From the NCBI GenBank assembly GCA_944363565.1, contig CALVUI010000001.1, positions 408,075 to 472,074 of the forward strand: a DNA stretch of 64,000 nucleotides, written 5' to 3'. Numbering within the stretch: the first letter of the stretch is position 1; every line of letters starts with the position of its first letter. Shown here piece by piece: positions 46,140-55,843 of this stretch. Origin of the DNA: an uncultured Bacilli bacterium. Lineage in GTDB: Bacteria; Bacillota_I; Bacilli_A; RFN20; CAG-826. The notes beneath the pieces were generated by a model. It saw nothing but the letters and a program-made list of their open reading frames with translations, did no database searches and was not told the DNA's origin. The translations under genes and the position numbers were made by a program.

Positions 46140-47689
46140 TTGTTTTCTCCTCTTTGACTCGGGGTATAGACGAATTTGTTCTTGACCTGCATCTTGGAAT
46201 AATAGCCCTCGCTGGCCAGTTTATCCATGGAGGTGCGGGCCGTTTCATAGGCGCAGCGGTTGAATTTCTTGTATTGCTGGATGACGTAGTAACGCCCCAT
46301 CGTGCAATGGAAGGCGTAGAAGCGGGCCTGCCCCTTGCTGAGAGCCGGGTTGGTCTCAAGGAGGTAACGGGCGTAGTCCCTCGCCTCCTTTTCGCTTAGG
46401 GCCTCGGGCTCATTTTGGTAGCCTCTAGGCAAAGCCGCCTTCCCGACGTCCTTGGGCGAAAGGCGCGGCAGGACCGTCTTTGGTTCTTCCTTCTTCGGGG
46501 TTTCGGCCGGGACGGGTTCTTCTTCCTCTTCCAACATGACCTCTTCCCTAGGAAGGGGTTCTTCGACTTTGGTTTCGGAGACCGTTTCTTCTTTGGCGAT
46601 CGCGGGTTCTTCCCTGACTTCCGGGACCGGCTGTTCTTCCGGCTTGGTCTCGATCTCCTTCAGGATCCCGCGGAGGGCCGCTTCGTTTTGTTCTTGCGGG
46701 TCCAACCGCCGATATTCCGGACGATAGACCTCGACCTTTTCCTTCTGCCCTTCCTGGAAGAGGGACTCGGCTAGAGGGGTCAAAATCTGGCAGGCCAGTA
46801 AAACCATGTAGGTCAGGTCGCCGGTCTTCTGGGTCTCGGCCCCGGCTTCCTGGTAACGGGAGTCCTTCTTGAGGAATTGCGATAAGGGCAAATAGTAGGC
46901 CGCCTTTCCGAAACCCTCGGACTCGAGGTAGCGGAGTCCCAAGAGGACGGCACACTCGAAGGAGTGACGCGCGAATGGCATGACGTTGTCGGCGAAGAAG
47001 GAGGCGGCCACGGCCTTGACCAGAGGCGAGGCCCCCGAGGCTTCGAGGCCCTTGTACATGTCCTCCATCAAAACCTCGATCGAGCCGAAGGGGGCGAAGC
47101 CGTAGACGGAGTCGAGACCCCCGATGTTGTAGAGGCGCTTCGGATCTTCGTGACGGTAGAAGGAGGTCAATTCGGGAGTCAGTTCCATCCTAGCCAAGGC
47201 ATCGGGCAAAAAGTCCTCGCCGCTAGGGCCCCCGAGGGCGAAGTAGGCATCGACTGCCTTGAGGTAGGCGTAGATCCCGCGGCCCGTCGGATCCTCGTCT
47301 TCGTAGCGGCCGCTTAACATGGCCTTGAGGGCGGAGTCGCTGACGCTGACCCCTTCCCCGGCTCTAATTCCTTGGAGGGCCGGGAACATGTAGGTCCGCC
47401 TCAGGGCGTTTCTACTAGCCCCTTCGGTCGAGCCGAGCGAAGCGGTCAGGGCCTCTAGGGCCTTTTCGGCCTCGTCGATCTTCTTCTTGATGGCGGGCGT
47501 GAGGGTCAGGTGGAAGGGATGGCCCCCGATGGTCTTGAAGGGGCTGAAACCGATCGAATTGGCATTGCGGTAACTCACCACCTCCTGCCAGATGTAGTCG
47601 ACGCCGCCCATCCCCATGACGCGCCTAAGCGCCTTGCGGCTCAAATAGGACTCGTCGGTGAACTTCACGGCCTGGGTGGAAACTTCCAT
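46136..47689 (-). CDS. Fic/Doc-fold-like protein with a degenerate active-site motif, an E/P-rich linker and a C-terminal winged-helix-like domain
   Basis: The segment VMPFARHSFECAVLLG is colinear with the Fic motif HPFxDGNGRxxRLL, but the catalytic His and the DGNGR residues are replaced. A central acidic Pro/Glu-rich low-complexity segment of ~90 aa is present. The C-terminal region is basic and wHTH-like. Confidence 0.4.
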   Translation of the reverse strand: MEVSTQAVKFTDESYLSRKALRRVMGMGGVDYIWQEVVSYRNANSIGFSPFKTIGGHPFHLTLTPAIKKKIDEAEKALEALTASLGSTEGASRNALRRTYMFPALQGIRAGEGVSVSDSALKAMLSGRYEDEDPTGRGIYAYLKAVDAYFALGGPSGEDFLPDALARMELTPELTSFYRHEDPKRLYNIGGLDSVYGFAPFGSIEVLMEDMYKGLEASGASPLVKAVAASFFADNVMPFARHSFECAVLLGLRYLESEGFGKAAYYLPLSQFLKKDSRYQEAGAETQKTGDLTYMVLLACQILTPLAESLFQEGQKEKVEVYRPEYRRLDPQEQNEAALRGILKEIETKPEEQPVPEVREEPAIAKEETVSETKVEEPLPREEVMLEEEEEPVPAETPKKEEPKTVLPRLSPKDVGKAALPRGYQNEPEALSEKEARDYARYLLETNPALSKGQARFYAFHCTMGRYYVIQQYKKFNRCAYETARTSMDKLASEGYYSKMQVKNKFVYTPSQRGENK

Positions 47690-47735
47690 GGCACAAGTAT
47701 ATAGCCGAACTACCGAAAAACTACCAAATTCGCAT

Positions 47736-47764
47736 CGAAAAAGGCCGAATCACCTAGGATCGGC
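47736..47764 (-). terminator. Rho-independent terminator of lepA
   Basis: GGCCGA-atcacctagga-TCGGCC with a minus-strand TTTTTCGAT just after the lepA stop. Confidence 0.5.
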
Positions 47765-47766
47765 CT

Positions 47767-49584
47767 TCATTCTTCTTCCGAGGAGAGGACGCTCATGAAG
47801 GCTTCCTGCGGGACCTCGACGCTCCCGACCGCCTTCATCCGCTTCTTCCCTTCCTTTTGCTTCTCGAGGAGTTTCTTCTTCCTGGAGATGTCGCCACCAT
47901 AGCACTTGGCCAGGACGTCTTTCCGGACGGCCTTGATGTCGGCCCTGGCGATGACCTTGCCGTTGATGGCGGCCTGGACCGGGACCTCGAAGAGCTGGCG
48001 CGGGATGATTTCCTTTAACTTGCTGACGGTCTTGAGGCCCCTTCTATAGGCATCGGGACGGTAGACGATGCTCGAGAGGGCGTCGATGGTGTCCCCATTG
48101 AGGAGGATATCCATTTTGGCCAGATCGCTTTCGCGGTAACCGTCGAACTCGTAGTCCAAGGAGGCATAGCCCTTGGTCGAGGACTTGAGGCGGTCGAAGA
48201 AGGAATAGATGATCTCGCTTAGGGGCAAGAGGTATTTGACTTCCTGGCGGTAGTCGTCGAAATAGACGAGGTCCTGGTAGATGCCGCGCCGCTTTTCGCA
48301 GAGCTCCATCACCGCCCCGACGTATTCCTTCGGGGTCATGAGGGAGGCCCTAACGTAAGGTTCTTCGATCTTCGAAACCTTACTCGGATCCGGGAGGTCG
48401 CTCGGGTTGGAGATGTACTTGGAGGTCCCGTCGGTCAGGTGGACCAAATAGACGACGCTCGGGGCGGTCAGGATGAGGTCGAGGCCGTATTCCCTTTCGA
48501 GCCGCTCCTGGATGACATCCATGTGGAGGAGGCCGAGGAAGCCACAACGGAAGCCAAAGCCGAGGGCCTTGCTATTTTCCGGGGTAAAGGAAAGGGAGGC
48601 GTCGTTCAAGGAAAGCTTTTCGAGGGCTTCCTTGAGGTTTTCGTAATCCTTGGAGTCACTCGGATATAGGCCCGAATAGACCATCGGGGAAACCTTCCTG
48701 AAACCGGGCAGGGGTTCCTTGGCCCGGTTGGCATCCAAGGTGATGGTCTCGCCCGGGAAAAGGTCATGGATGTCCTTGATCGAGGCGGCCAGATAGCCCA
48801 CTTCCCCGACGCCGAGTTCCCCGGTCCGCACTTCGTCCGGGGTCCTGACCCCGACCTCGGTCACGAGGTAGGACTTCTTGCTTTCCATCAGATAGATGGT
48901 GTCCCCTTCCTTGACCTTGCCGTCCTTGACCCGGATGTTGGCCACGACCCCGCGGTAGGAATCGTAATGGCTATCGAAGACGAGGGCCCTAAGGGGATCC
49001 TCGTCCTTCCCCGATGGCGGGGGTACCAGTTCGACGATCTTTTCCAAAACCCCGTCGACCCCCTGGCCGGTTTTGGCACTGACCAGACACGCGTCGGCAC
49101 AGCCGATCCCGATCCGTTCCTCGATTTCCTTCTTGCAGGCGTTGATGTCGGCGCTTGGCAAATCGATCTTGTTGATGACCGGGATGACCATGAGGTCGGC
49201 CTCGACCGCCAAATAGACGTTGGCCAGGGTCTGGGCCTCGACACCTTGGGTGGCATCGACGACCAGCAAGGCCCCCTCGCAGGCCGAAAGGCTCCGCGAG
49301 ACCTCGTAGGAGAAGTCGACGTGCCCGGGGGTGTCGATGAGGTTGAAGAGATAGGTTTCGCCGTTTTTGGCCTTGTAGGTAAGCGAGACGGCGTTGAGCT
49401 TGATGGTAATGCCCCTCTCCCGTTCGAGGTCCATCGAATCGAGCATCTGGGGCTTCAGAAGCCTAGCCTCGACCGTGCCGGTCCGTTCCAAAATCCGATC
49501 GGCCAAGGTCGACTTCCCGTGGTCGATGTGGGCGATGATGCAGAAGTTCCGGATCTTGTCTTTGCTGAAGGCCATGCGAGGCAT
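47767..49584 (-). CDS. lepA: Elongation factor 4 (LepA)
   Basis: GTPase G1 motif [17 protein letters not shown] and the LepA-specific C-terminal domain. 605 aa. Confidence 0.95.
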   Translation of the reverse strand: MPRMAFSKDKIRNFCIIAHIDHGKSTLADRILERTGTVEARLLKPQMLDSMDLERERGITIKLNAVSLTYKAKNGETYLFNLIDTPGHVDFSYEVSRSLSACEGALLVVDATQGVEAQTLANVYLAVEADLMVIPVINKIDLPSADINACKKEIEERIGIGCADACLVSAKTGQGVDGVLEKIVELVPPPSGKDEDPLRALVFDSHYDSYRGVVANIRVKDGKVKEGDTIYLMESKKSYLVTEVGVRTPDEVRTGELGVGEVGYLAASIKDIHDLFPGETITLDANRAKEPLPGFRKVSPMVYSGLYPSDSKDYENLKEALEKLSLNDASLSFTPENSKALGFGFRCGFLGLLHMDVIQERLEREYGLDLILTAPSVVYLVHLTDGTSKYISNPSDLPDPSKVSKIEEPYVRASLMTPKEYVGAVMELCEKRRGIYQDLVYFDDYRQEVKYLLPLSEIIYSFFDRLKSSTKGYASLDYEFDGYRESDLAKMDILLNGDTIDALSSIVYRPDAYRRGLKTVSKLKEIIPRQLFEVPVQAAINGKVIARADIKAVRKDVLAKCYGGDISRKKKLLEKQKEGKKRMKAVGSVEVPQEAFMSVLSSEEE

Positions 49585-49647
49585 TATACGCGTAGAGGCG
49601 CGTGGGCGCTAGGAAGGGAGTGGGTCTAGGCCTGAAAATCGGACCCT

Positions 49648-52023
49648 TCATTGGCCCTTTTGGTAAAAATCACCTAAGAGGGCCCTCAGTTCTTCCGTCG
49701 AGTGAACATAGATGGCCTTCCCGTAATGCTCTTGGAGGAGGACGAGGTTGCGACCCCGGTAACGGTCGTCGATGAGGAGGACCGCCCCGCGGTCGTCCTC
49801 GCTTCTGATGAGGCGTCCGACGGCCTGGAAGACCTTGTTGAGGCCGGGGGCCAGATAGGCCGAGTAATAACCGCTGCCGTCCTTTTCCTCGTAATGCTCG
49901 CGGATCGCTTCCCTTTCCTTCGAAACGCCAGGGAGGCCGAGGCCGACGACCGCGACCCCGATCAGGCGGTCGCTGACCAGATCGACCCCTTCCGAGAAGG
50001 AGCCGCCGAGGACCGAAAGGCCGACCGTCGTTTCCTTGGGGGAGGGTTTGAAGGCCCTAAGGAAGGCGGCCTTTTCCCTTTCTTCCATTCCCCGGTGGTG
50101 GACCAGGACTTTCCCATTGATTTCCAAGGCCTCCTCGGCCTTTTCCAGGTATTCGAAACTCGGGAAGAAGATCAGGTAATTCCCGGTCTTTTGACTGACG
50201 AAGGTCTCGAGCATTTCGATGACCTGGTCAAAACTTTCTTCCCTTTGGCGGTACCTTAGGCCCAAGGGGGCGATGTAAAGGGCCATGTGGGATTTGTCGA
50301 AGGGCGAAGGCAAGGAGATGGCCTTGGCCTTTTCCCCGACGATGGCCGCACTATAGAAGTCCATCGGGGTCAAGGTGGCGGAAAAGAGGGCCGCCCCCTT
50401 GAGGAGGCCGAGGCTTTCCTCGAGGAAGACCGAGGGATCGGGGCAAAGGCGGGTCAGATGGAGATGACCCTTATCGCCTTCAAGGAGGAGCTTCGAGCCT
50501 TCGGAATATTCCTCGGCGATGACGGCGTAGCGGTGGAGGTCGCGTCCCACTTCCTTGGCGGTTCTCGGGAAGGGGGCGAGATGGGTCTCCTTTTCTTCTT
50601 CGCCTTCCATCGAAAGGAGGGAGGCCTCGCGCCCCTTCTTCTTTTCCTCGGCCCGTCGCTTTTCCTCGTAGGCCAAGATGGCATTGACCAGTTCCTTGTC
50701 GTTGACCTCTTCCTCCCCTCCGAGGGCCTCGAAGGCCTTCTCGACCTTGCCGAGGGCCCTCGCCGAGGAACGGTAACCGGCTTTGTTCAGGTCTTTCTTG
50801 GCCCCCTTGATCGGAAAGAGGGAAAGGGTGGCCCCATAGCATTCCCGTCCCCTTTCCACCAGGTTATGGGCTTCATCGAACAAGCCAAAACAGGTGGCGG
50901 AAGAATCACTTTCGACGAAATAACGGGCCAAGCGGGCCAAGGGATCGATGAGGTAGTTGTAGTCGGCCACCACGACGTCGCTATAAAGGCTGAGGTCGAG
51001 GGAAAGCTCGAAGGGGCACATCCCCTTTTCCTCTCCGTATTCCTTCACAAATTTGGCCGAGAAATCCTCGCGTTTCCCATAGAGTTCCTTGACCGCCGCC
51101 CTCATCTTCGGATAGTAGTCCTTGGCGTAGGGGCATTCGTCGGGATTGCAGGAGGCCCCGGGGGTGAGGCACATCCTTTCCTTCCCGATCAAACTCGAAT
51201 GGGAAAGGCGGGCCCCTTCTTCCCTTAATAAGTCGAGGGTGTCCTCGGCCGCCTTGGCCCCGGTCGTCTTGGCCGTGAAGTAAAAGAGGCGTTCGTACTC
51301 CCCGAGTGATAGGGATTTCAGGGCGGCATAGAGGGCGCTGACCGTCTTCCCGACCCCGGTCGGGGCCTCGATCAGGGTGTAGGCCCCATCCCTCGCCGTC
51401 CGATAGACGGCCTTCATCATCTCCCGCTGGCCCAGGCGATAGGAAGGAAAGGGGAAGGTCAGTCTTTGAAGGCTTTTGTTCCTTTCTTCCTTGAGGGCGG
51501 CGGCCCCGGCGAAGAAGTCGAGGTAGTCGTCGAGGTAGCCCCCGACTTTCTCCTCGAGTTCTTTTAGGCTGAGGTGCTCGCTTCGATTGGCCTTTTTCTT
51601 GGAATCGGTCTGGCTTAGGTAAATGAGGCGGATGTGGGCTTTTTGGACCTCGGGATGGGCATGGAGGTACATGAGGGCGTAGCACTCGGCCTGGGCGAAG
51701 TGCCACTTGGCCTGGACCGAGGCGAAGTGGTCGAGGTCATCGACCGTCGACTTGATTTCCTCGATGACCGGGGTCCCCGAAAGGTCGAAGTCCAAACCGT
51801 CGGCCTTGCCGGAGAGCTCGATCGTCCCCCTTTCCCGGACGAAGGTTTCCTTGAGGGGCAATTCGGCGGTGTAACTACCGGGCCTTGTCCTTTGGTATTC
51901 CTCGTGGAGGCGGGTCCCCTCCTCCATTGATGAGAGGTTGTAGATCCTATTGTCGATGTCCCCTTCCCGTAACAAAAAGTCGACCAACTGGTGGACGCTT
52001 AGACGGAAAAAAGGGAGATCCAT
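49648..52023 (-). CDS. DinG/Rad3-family ATP-dependent DNA helicase with an N-terminal PD-(D/E)xK (RecB/Cas4-like) nuclease domain
   Basis: N-terminal ~170 aa carry nuclease motifs II (IELSGKADGL), III (VIEEIKS) and QhxxY (AQAECYALMY). They are followed by a Walker A motif (APTGVGKT), a four-Cys Fe-S insertion (CLTPGASCNPDECPY...MCPF), a DEAH-like motif (FDEAHNL) and helicase-C motifs. Confidence 0.8.
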   Translation of the reverse strand: MDLPFFRLSVHQLVDFLLREGDIDNRIYNLSSMEEGTRLHEEYQRTRPGSYTAELPLKETFVRERGTIELSGKADGLDFDLSGTPVIEEIKSTVDDLDHFASVQAKWHFAQAECYALMYLHAHPEVQKAHIRLIYLSQTDSKKKANRSEHLSLKELEEKVGGYLDDYLDFFAGAAALKEERNKSLQRLTFPFPSYRLGQREMMKAVYRTARDGAYTLIEAPTGVGKTVSALYAALKSLSLGEYERLFYFTAKTTGAKAAEDTLDLLREEGARLSHSSLIGKERMCLTPGASCNPDECPYAKDYYPKMRAAVKELYGKREDFSAKFVKEYGEEKGMCPFELSLDLSLYSDVVVADYNYLIDPLARLARYFVESDSSATCFGLFDEAHNLVERGRECYGATLSLFPIKGAKKDLNKAGYRSSARALGKVEKAFEALGGEEEVNDKELVNAILAYEEKRRAEEKKKGREASLLSMEGEEEKETHLAPFPRTAKEVGRDLHRYAVIAEEYSEGSKLLLEGDKGHLHLTRLCPDPSVFLEESLGLLKGAALFSATLTPMDFYSAAIVGEKAKAISLPSPFDKSHMALYIAPLGLRYRQREESFDQVIEMLETFVSQKTGNYLIFFPSFEYLEKAEEALEINGKVLVHHRGMEEREKAAFLRAFKPSPKETTVGLSVLGGSFSEGVDLVSDRLIGVAVVGLGLPGVSKEREAIREHYEEKDGSGYYSAYLAPGLNKVFQAVGRLIRSEDDRGAVLLIDDRYRGRNLVLLQEHYGKAIYVHSTEELRALLGDFYQKGQ

Positions 52024-52029
52024 CTTGTC

Positions 52030-52965
52030 TTAAAGGAAGAGGGCCCGGTGGCCGTTGACGAAGGCTGAGGCCGCCATCTTCTTGCTACCGGAAAGCTGGA
52101 CTTCCAAGAGTTCCAAACTTCCTTCCCGTAAACCCAAAAGAAGGCGCCCATTCTGATATTTCAGACTACCAAACGGTAGGCTAGCCGTACTAGGCTTGGA
52201 CTTGAAAATCTTGAGGTTTCCGCCCTCGAAGGGGACGTAGGCCCCGGGGGTCGGGGACAGGGCCCGGACGTAATTGAAGGCTTCAAGGCCGTTGAGTCTA
52301 TCGATGGGCAAAGCCTCGTCTTCCTTCTTGATCTTCTTGGCGATGGTGACGAGGCTCTCGTCCTGGGGTTTGCCCCCAAGGGTTCCGGAAGCGACCTCGA
52401 GCAAGGGGCCGGCCGCCAGCTTGATGCTGGCAAGGGCCATCTTCTCGCAGATGGTCCCGTAGTCGTCGTCTTCTAGGATCTTTATTTCCTCGATGGCGTA
52501 GACCTCGCCGGCATCCATCTTCTCGACCATCTTCATGAGGGAGACCCCGGTCTTCCCTTCCCCGGCCATCAGGGCCCTTTGGATCGGCGCGGCACCCCGA
52601 TAACGGGGCAGGATCGAGCCGTGGAAGTTGTAGGCCCCGATTTTGGCGTAATCCAAGAAGGGTCCGGGGACGATCTGGCCGTAGGCAAAGGTCAGGATGA
52701 GGTCGATGTCGAGGTCCTTGAAAAGGGGATATTCCTCCTTCATCCTCGCCGGGGTATAGACCGGGAGGTTATGGCGAAGGGCCACTTCCTTGACCGGCGA
52801 GGGGGTCAATATTTTCTTCCGCCCCACCGGGGCGTCTTCCTGGGTCACGACCCCAATGACGTCGTAACCGAGTTCCAAAAGACCCTCGAGGAGGGTCGCG
52901 CTCATCTTCGGGGTTCCGAGATATAAGACCTTCAGGCGGTCAGCCGTACATTCATTCAAAGCCAT
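52030..52965 (-). CDS. fmt: Methionyl-tRNA formyltransferase
   Basis: N-terminal formyltransferase domain (LYLGTPKMSATLLEGLLE...NFHGSILPRYRGAAPIQ) and a C-terminal domain. Confidence 0.9.
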   Translation of the reverse strand: MALNECTADRLKVLYLGTPKMSATLLEGLLELGYDVIGVVTQEDAPVGRKKILTPSPVKEVALRHNLPVYTPARMKEEYPLFKDLDIDLILTFAYGQIVPGPFLDYAKIGAYNFHGSILPRYRGAAPIQRALMAGEGKTGVSLMKMVEKMDAGEVYAIEEIKILEDDDYGTICEKMALASIKLAAGPLLEVASGTLGGKPQDESLVTIAKKIKKEDEALPIDRLNGLEAFNYVRALSPTPGAYVPFEGGNLKIFKSKPSTASLPFGSLKYQNGRLLLGLREGSLELLEVQLSGSKKMAASAFVNGHRALFL

Positions 52966-53013
52966 CGTGTTTCTTTTGCCGTTAGATTATATAATGCCGC
53001 CGGAAGAAACCCC

Positions 53014-55005
53014 ATGAGTGAAGTTAACGGCAAACACGATGCCCTCGTGTCATTCGTCGAAAGAAGCGGCGATCTTTTCAAGGGCGAGGGTCCGACCCTC
53101 AAGCATATCTATGAGATGTGCGTCGACGAGCCCAACAAGCGGGCGGTCACCTATTTCGACGAAGACGGTCGAATCAGGCATTACGACTACAAGAAATACA
53201 ACGAGTACGCCCTCCTTTACGGGTCCTATCTATCGGCCCTCTTCAAGGACATCCCCTACGATGAGCCGATCGGCCTCAAGATCAAGAACCTCCCGGCCTG
53301 GCCCTATCTGTTCTTCGGGATTTTGATGTCGGGCCACCGTCCCCTCTTGCTTGATTACCGGCAGGAAAGGGAAAAGACCGCGGTCCTCCTTGGGGAAGCC
53401 GGGGCCAAGGCCATCATCGTCAACGAAGAAGAAGACTACGAGGTGGCGACCTACCGCCTCCGCGACCTCAAGAAAGCCGGGAAGGGGGAAATCGGCAAAT
53501 GGGCCGACCACGTCTACCTCTGCACCTCCGGGACCACCGGAGCCTCCCGCATCATGGTCTATAACGGCGAAGATTTCTGCCACCAGATCAGGGCCGCCCT
53601 CGTCGTCCCGGGCCGTAACCGCGAGTTGATGAAGCTAGGGAAGATCAACATCTTGGCCATGATCCCCTTCCACCACATCTTCGGCCTCGTCGCCGTCTTG
53701 CTGTGGTTCACCTTCTACCACAAGAACCTCGTCTATCCGACCTCGATCTCGAGCAAGGACCTCCTCGACGCCGTCAAAAAGGGCAAGTGCACCCACGTCT
53801 TCTCGGTCCCGATGCTCTTCGACCAGATCTCGACCTTGGTCGAACGGAGCATGAAGAAGCAAAGCGAGAAGCTCCAAGCCTATTACGCCGCCATGGCCGC
53901 CTACAACCGCCGGGAGATCAGCAAGAAGGAGGCAGGCTTTATTCCGACCACCAAGTTCTTCAACCGCCTCCTCAAGAAACGGGTCCTCGGCCCCTCTCCC
54001 TACTTCCTGATTTCCGGGGGCGGCTATTTGAGCGAAGAAACGCACAAGACCTTGGAAGGCCTCGGCTATCCCCTCCATAACGGGATCGGGATGACGGAAG
54101 TCGGGATCACCTCGGTCGAACTGAGTACCGATCCGGTCGTCCGTCTCAAGGACTCGGTCGGTCTCCCCTTCTACGGGGTGACCTACAAGAGGGACGAAAA
54201 CGGGGAACTTTTGATCAAGAGCCCCTACGTCCATAAAGAAGAGATCATCGGCGGGAAGCTTTCCAAGACCCCCCTCGACGAGGAGGGCTTCTTCCATAGC
54301 GGCGACCTCGTCGACATCGACGAAGACGGACGGGTCTACATCCGGGGCCGTCTCAAGGAGACGATCATCAACGGGAACGGGGAAAACGTCTATCCCGACG
54401 AACTCGAGGAACACTTCCGGGGCCTCAAGGGGACCTTGCGCCTCAGCGTCCTCGGGGTCAAGAACGGGAACGGCAAGGACGAGGACATCTGCCTCGTCTA
54501 CGAAAAGGATCCCTCTTCCTACGACGTCGAAGCCCTCAAGGCCGACTTCAAGGAAAGAAACGCCAAGCTCAACCCCTTCTCCAGGGTCAATCGGCTTTAT
54601 ATGTCTTTGACACCCTTGCCTCTAGCCAACGGCATCAAGGTCAAGCGCCTGGCGGTGGCCAAGGCCATCGAAGAAGGGAGCAAGGACTACGTCGACATCT
54701 TCAGTACGGTGGTCGAGAACAAGAAGGACGACACTTCCGAAAAACTCAAGGCCTATCCGAAGGAAAAAGTCGAAAGCCTGCTCAAGGAAATCGAAGGCTT
54801 CTTCGCCTCAACCCTGGCTCTTTCCCCCGAGGAGGTCAAGGCCCAAAGCGACTTCGGAGCCGACCTCGGTGGGGATTCGATGAGCTACGTCGCCATGGTG
54901 GCGGAAATCAACTCCCGTTATGGCATTGAACTGGAAGAGGAAAACTACGGCAAGCTCCTCACCCCCGAGGATTTCGTCCTCTACCTCTTGAAGAAAAGAA
55001 AATAG
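53014..55005 (+). CDS. AMP-dependent synthetase/ligase (adenylation domain) fused to a C-terminal acyl/peptidyl carrier protein domain
   Basis: P-loop-like LCTSGTTGASRI, adenylation core motifs (YGMTE-like GIGMTEVG, FHSGDLV, LKETII) and a terminal ~80-aa PP-binding domain with DLGGDSMSYVAMVAEIN. Confidence 0.75.
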   Translation: MSEVNGKHDALVSFVERSGDLFKGEGPTLKHIYEMCVDEPNKRAVTYFDEDGRIRHYDYKKYNEYALLYGSYLSALFKDIPYDEPIGLKIKNLPAWPYLFFGILMSGHRPLLLDYRQEREKTAVLLGEAGAKAIIVNEEEDYEVATYRLRDLKKAGKGEIGKWADHVYLCTSGTTGASRIMVYNGEDFCHQIRAALVVPGRNRELMKLGKINILAMIPFHHIFGLVAVLLWFTFYHKNLVYPTSISSKDLLDAVKKGKCTHVFSVPMLFDQISTLVERSMKKQSEKLQAYYAAMAAYNRREISKKEAGFIPTTKFFNRLLKKRVLGPSPYFLISGGGYLSEETHKTLEGLGYPLHNGIGMTEVGITSVELSTDPVVRLKDSVGLPFYGVTYKRDENGELLIKSPYVHKEEIIGGKLSKTPLDEEGFFHSGDLVDIDEDGRVYIRGRLKETIINGNGENVYPDELEEHFRGLKGTLRLSVLGVKNGNGKDEDICLVYEKDPSSYDVEALKADFKERNAKLNPFSRVNRLYMSLTPLPLANGIKVKRLAVAKAIEEGSKDYVDIFSTVVENKKDDTSEKLKAYPKEKVESLLKEIEGFFASTLALSPEEVKAQSDFGADLGGDSMSYVAMVAEINSRYGIELEEENYGKLLTPEDFVLYLLKKRK

Positions 55006-55022
55006 TTGGGGTCCCCTTTTAG

Positions 55023-55051
55023 TTGCTTTATGGCGCGATATTCTTTAGAAT
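55023..55051 (+). promoter_or_regulatory. Sigma-A-type promoter of rpsT
   Basis: TTGCTT (-35), 17 nt spacer, TAGAAT (-10), about 50 nt upstream of the rpsT ATG. Confidence 0.45.
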
Positions 55052-55100
55052 ACGTCCGCGAAAGAAAAGCATTATTTTTTAAGTAAGGAAAGAGCATAAC

Positions 55101-55364
55101 ATGGCAAACATCAAATCGCAGATCAAGCGCAACAAGACCAACGAGAAGAAAAACCTCGCCAACTCCAGCAAGAAGGCCGCCTGCCACACCTACGTCCGCA
55201 AGGTCGAGGAAGCCGTCAAGGCCGGGAACAAGGAGGAAGCCCTCAAGGCCCTCCCCGCTGCCTTCAAGCATCTCGACAAGCTCGCCGGCGACAAGATCAT
55301 CTCCAAGAACAACGCCGCCCGCCACAAGAGCAGCCTCCAGGTCCTCGTCAACGGCCTGAAGTAA
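55101..55364 (+). CDS. rpsT: 30S ribosomal protein S20
   Basis: MANIKSQIKRNKTNEKKN..., a typical S20 sequence. Confidence 0.9.
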   Translation: MANIKSQIKRNKTNEKKNLANSSKKAACHTYVRKVEEAVKAGNKEEALKALPAAFKHLDKLAGDKIISKNNAARHKSSLQVLVNGLK

Positions 55365-55384
55365 GTTTCGGCATCTAAAAAAGT

Positions 55385-55406
55385 AAGGCGCTTCGGCGCC
55401 TTTTTT
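55385..55406. terminator. Bidirectional rho-independent terminator between convergent rpsT and yfcE-holA
   Basis: AAGGCGC-TTCG-GCGCCTT followed by TTTTTT on the plus strand. An A-run on the other side gives the minus strand a U-tract too. Confidence 0.7.
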
Positions 55407-55408
55407 GC

Positions 55409-55843
55409 TTATATGTCCTTGAAGACGGCTTCGACTTTGCCGTCCTCGATGACGAGGACGCAATAGGAAGGTGCTAGGCCGTCGCGCGGCAATAAGGCCG
55501 ACCCCGGATTGATGAGCCAAAGGTTCCCGACCTTCTTGAACATCCTCACATGGGTATGGCCAAAGGCATAAATGGCGATGTCTTTTTCCTTTGAAAGCAA
55601 GGAGGGTTCGGGGGGCCGATGGGTGGCTTTTAGAAAACCCAAGGGGGTCTTGATCTTCCTTTCTAAGGGGTAACCGCCAAAATGGTCGCAGTTGCCCTTG
55701 ACCCCGACGAAGGGGGCGATTTCACTCGGGGGAAGTTCCGAATCCCCCAAGTGGAGATAGCAATCGGCCCCTTGTTCCCTTAGATAGACGGCTTCTGCTA
55801 GATGCTCGTCCCCATGGGTATCGGAAAGGAGGACGATCTTCAA
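55409..55843 (-). CDS. YfcE-like metallophosphoesterase (MPP superfamily)
   Basis: MKIVLLSDTHGDEH, GDSELP and GHTHV motifs of calcineurin-like phosphoesterases. Confidence 0.75.
   Translation of the reverse strand: MKIVLLSDTHGDEHLAEAVYLREQGADCYLHLGDSELPPSEIAPFVGVKGNCDHFGGYPLERKIKTPLGFLKATHRPPEPSLLSKEKDIAIYAFGHTHVRMFKKVGNLWLINPGSALLPRDGLAPSYCVLVIEDGKVEAVFKDI

Noticed and set aside
55006-55022. GGGGTCCCC palindrome after the adenylation–carrier gene as a terminator
   Set aside because: The stem is only 3-4 bp with a 1-3 nt loop, which is too weak. The convincing terminator for this region is the hairpin after rpsT at 55385-55406.
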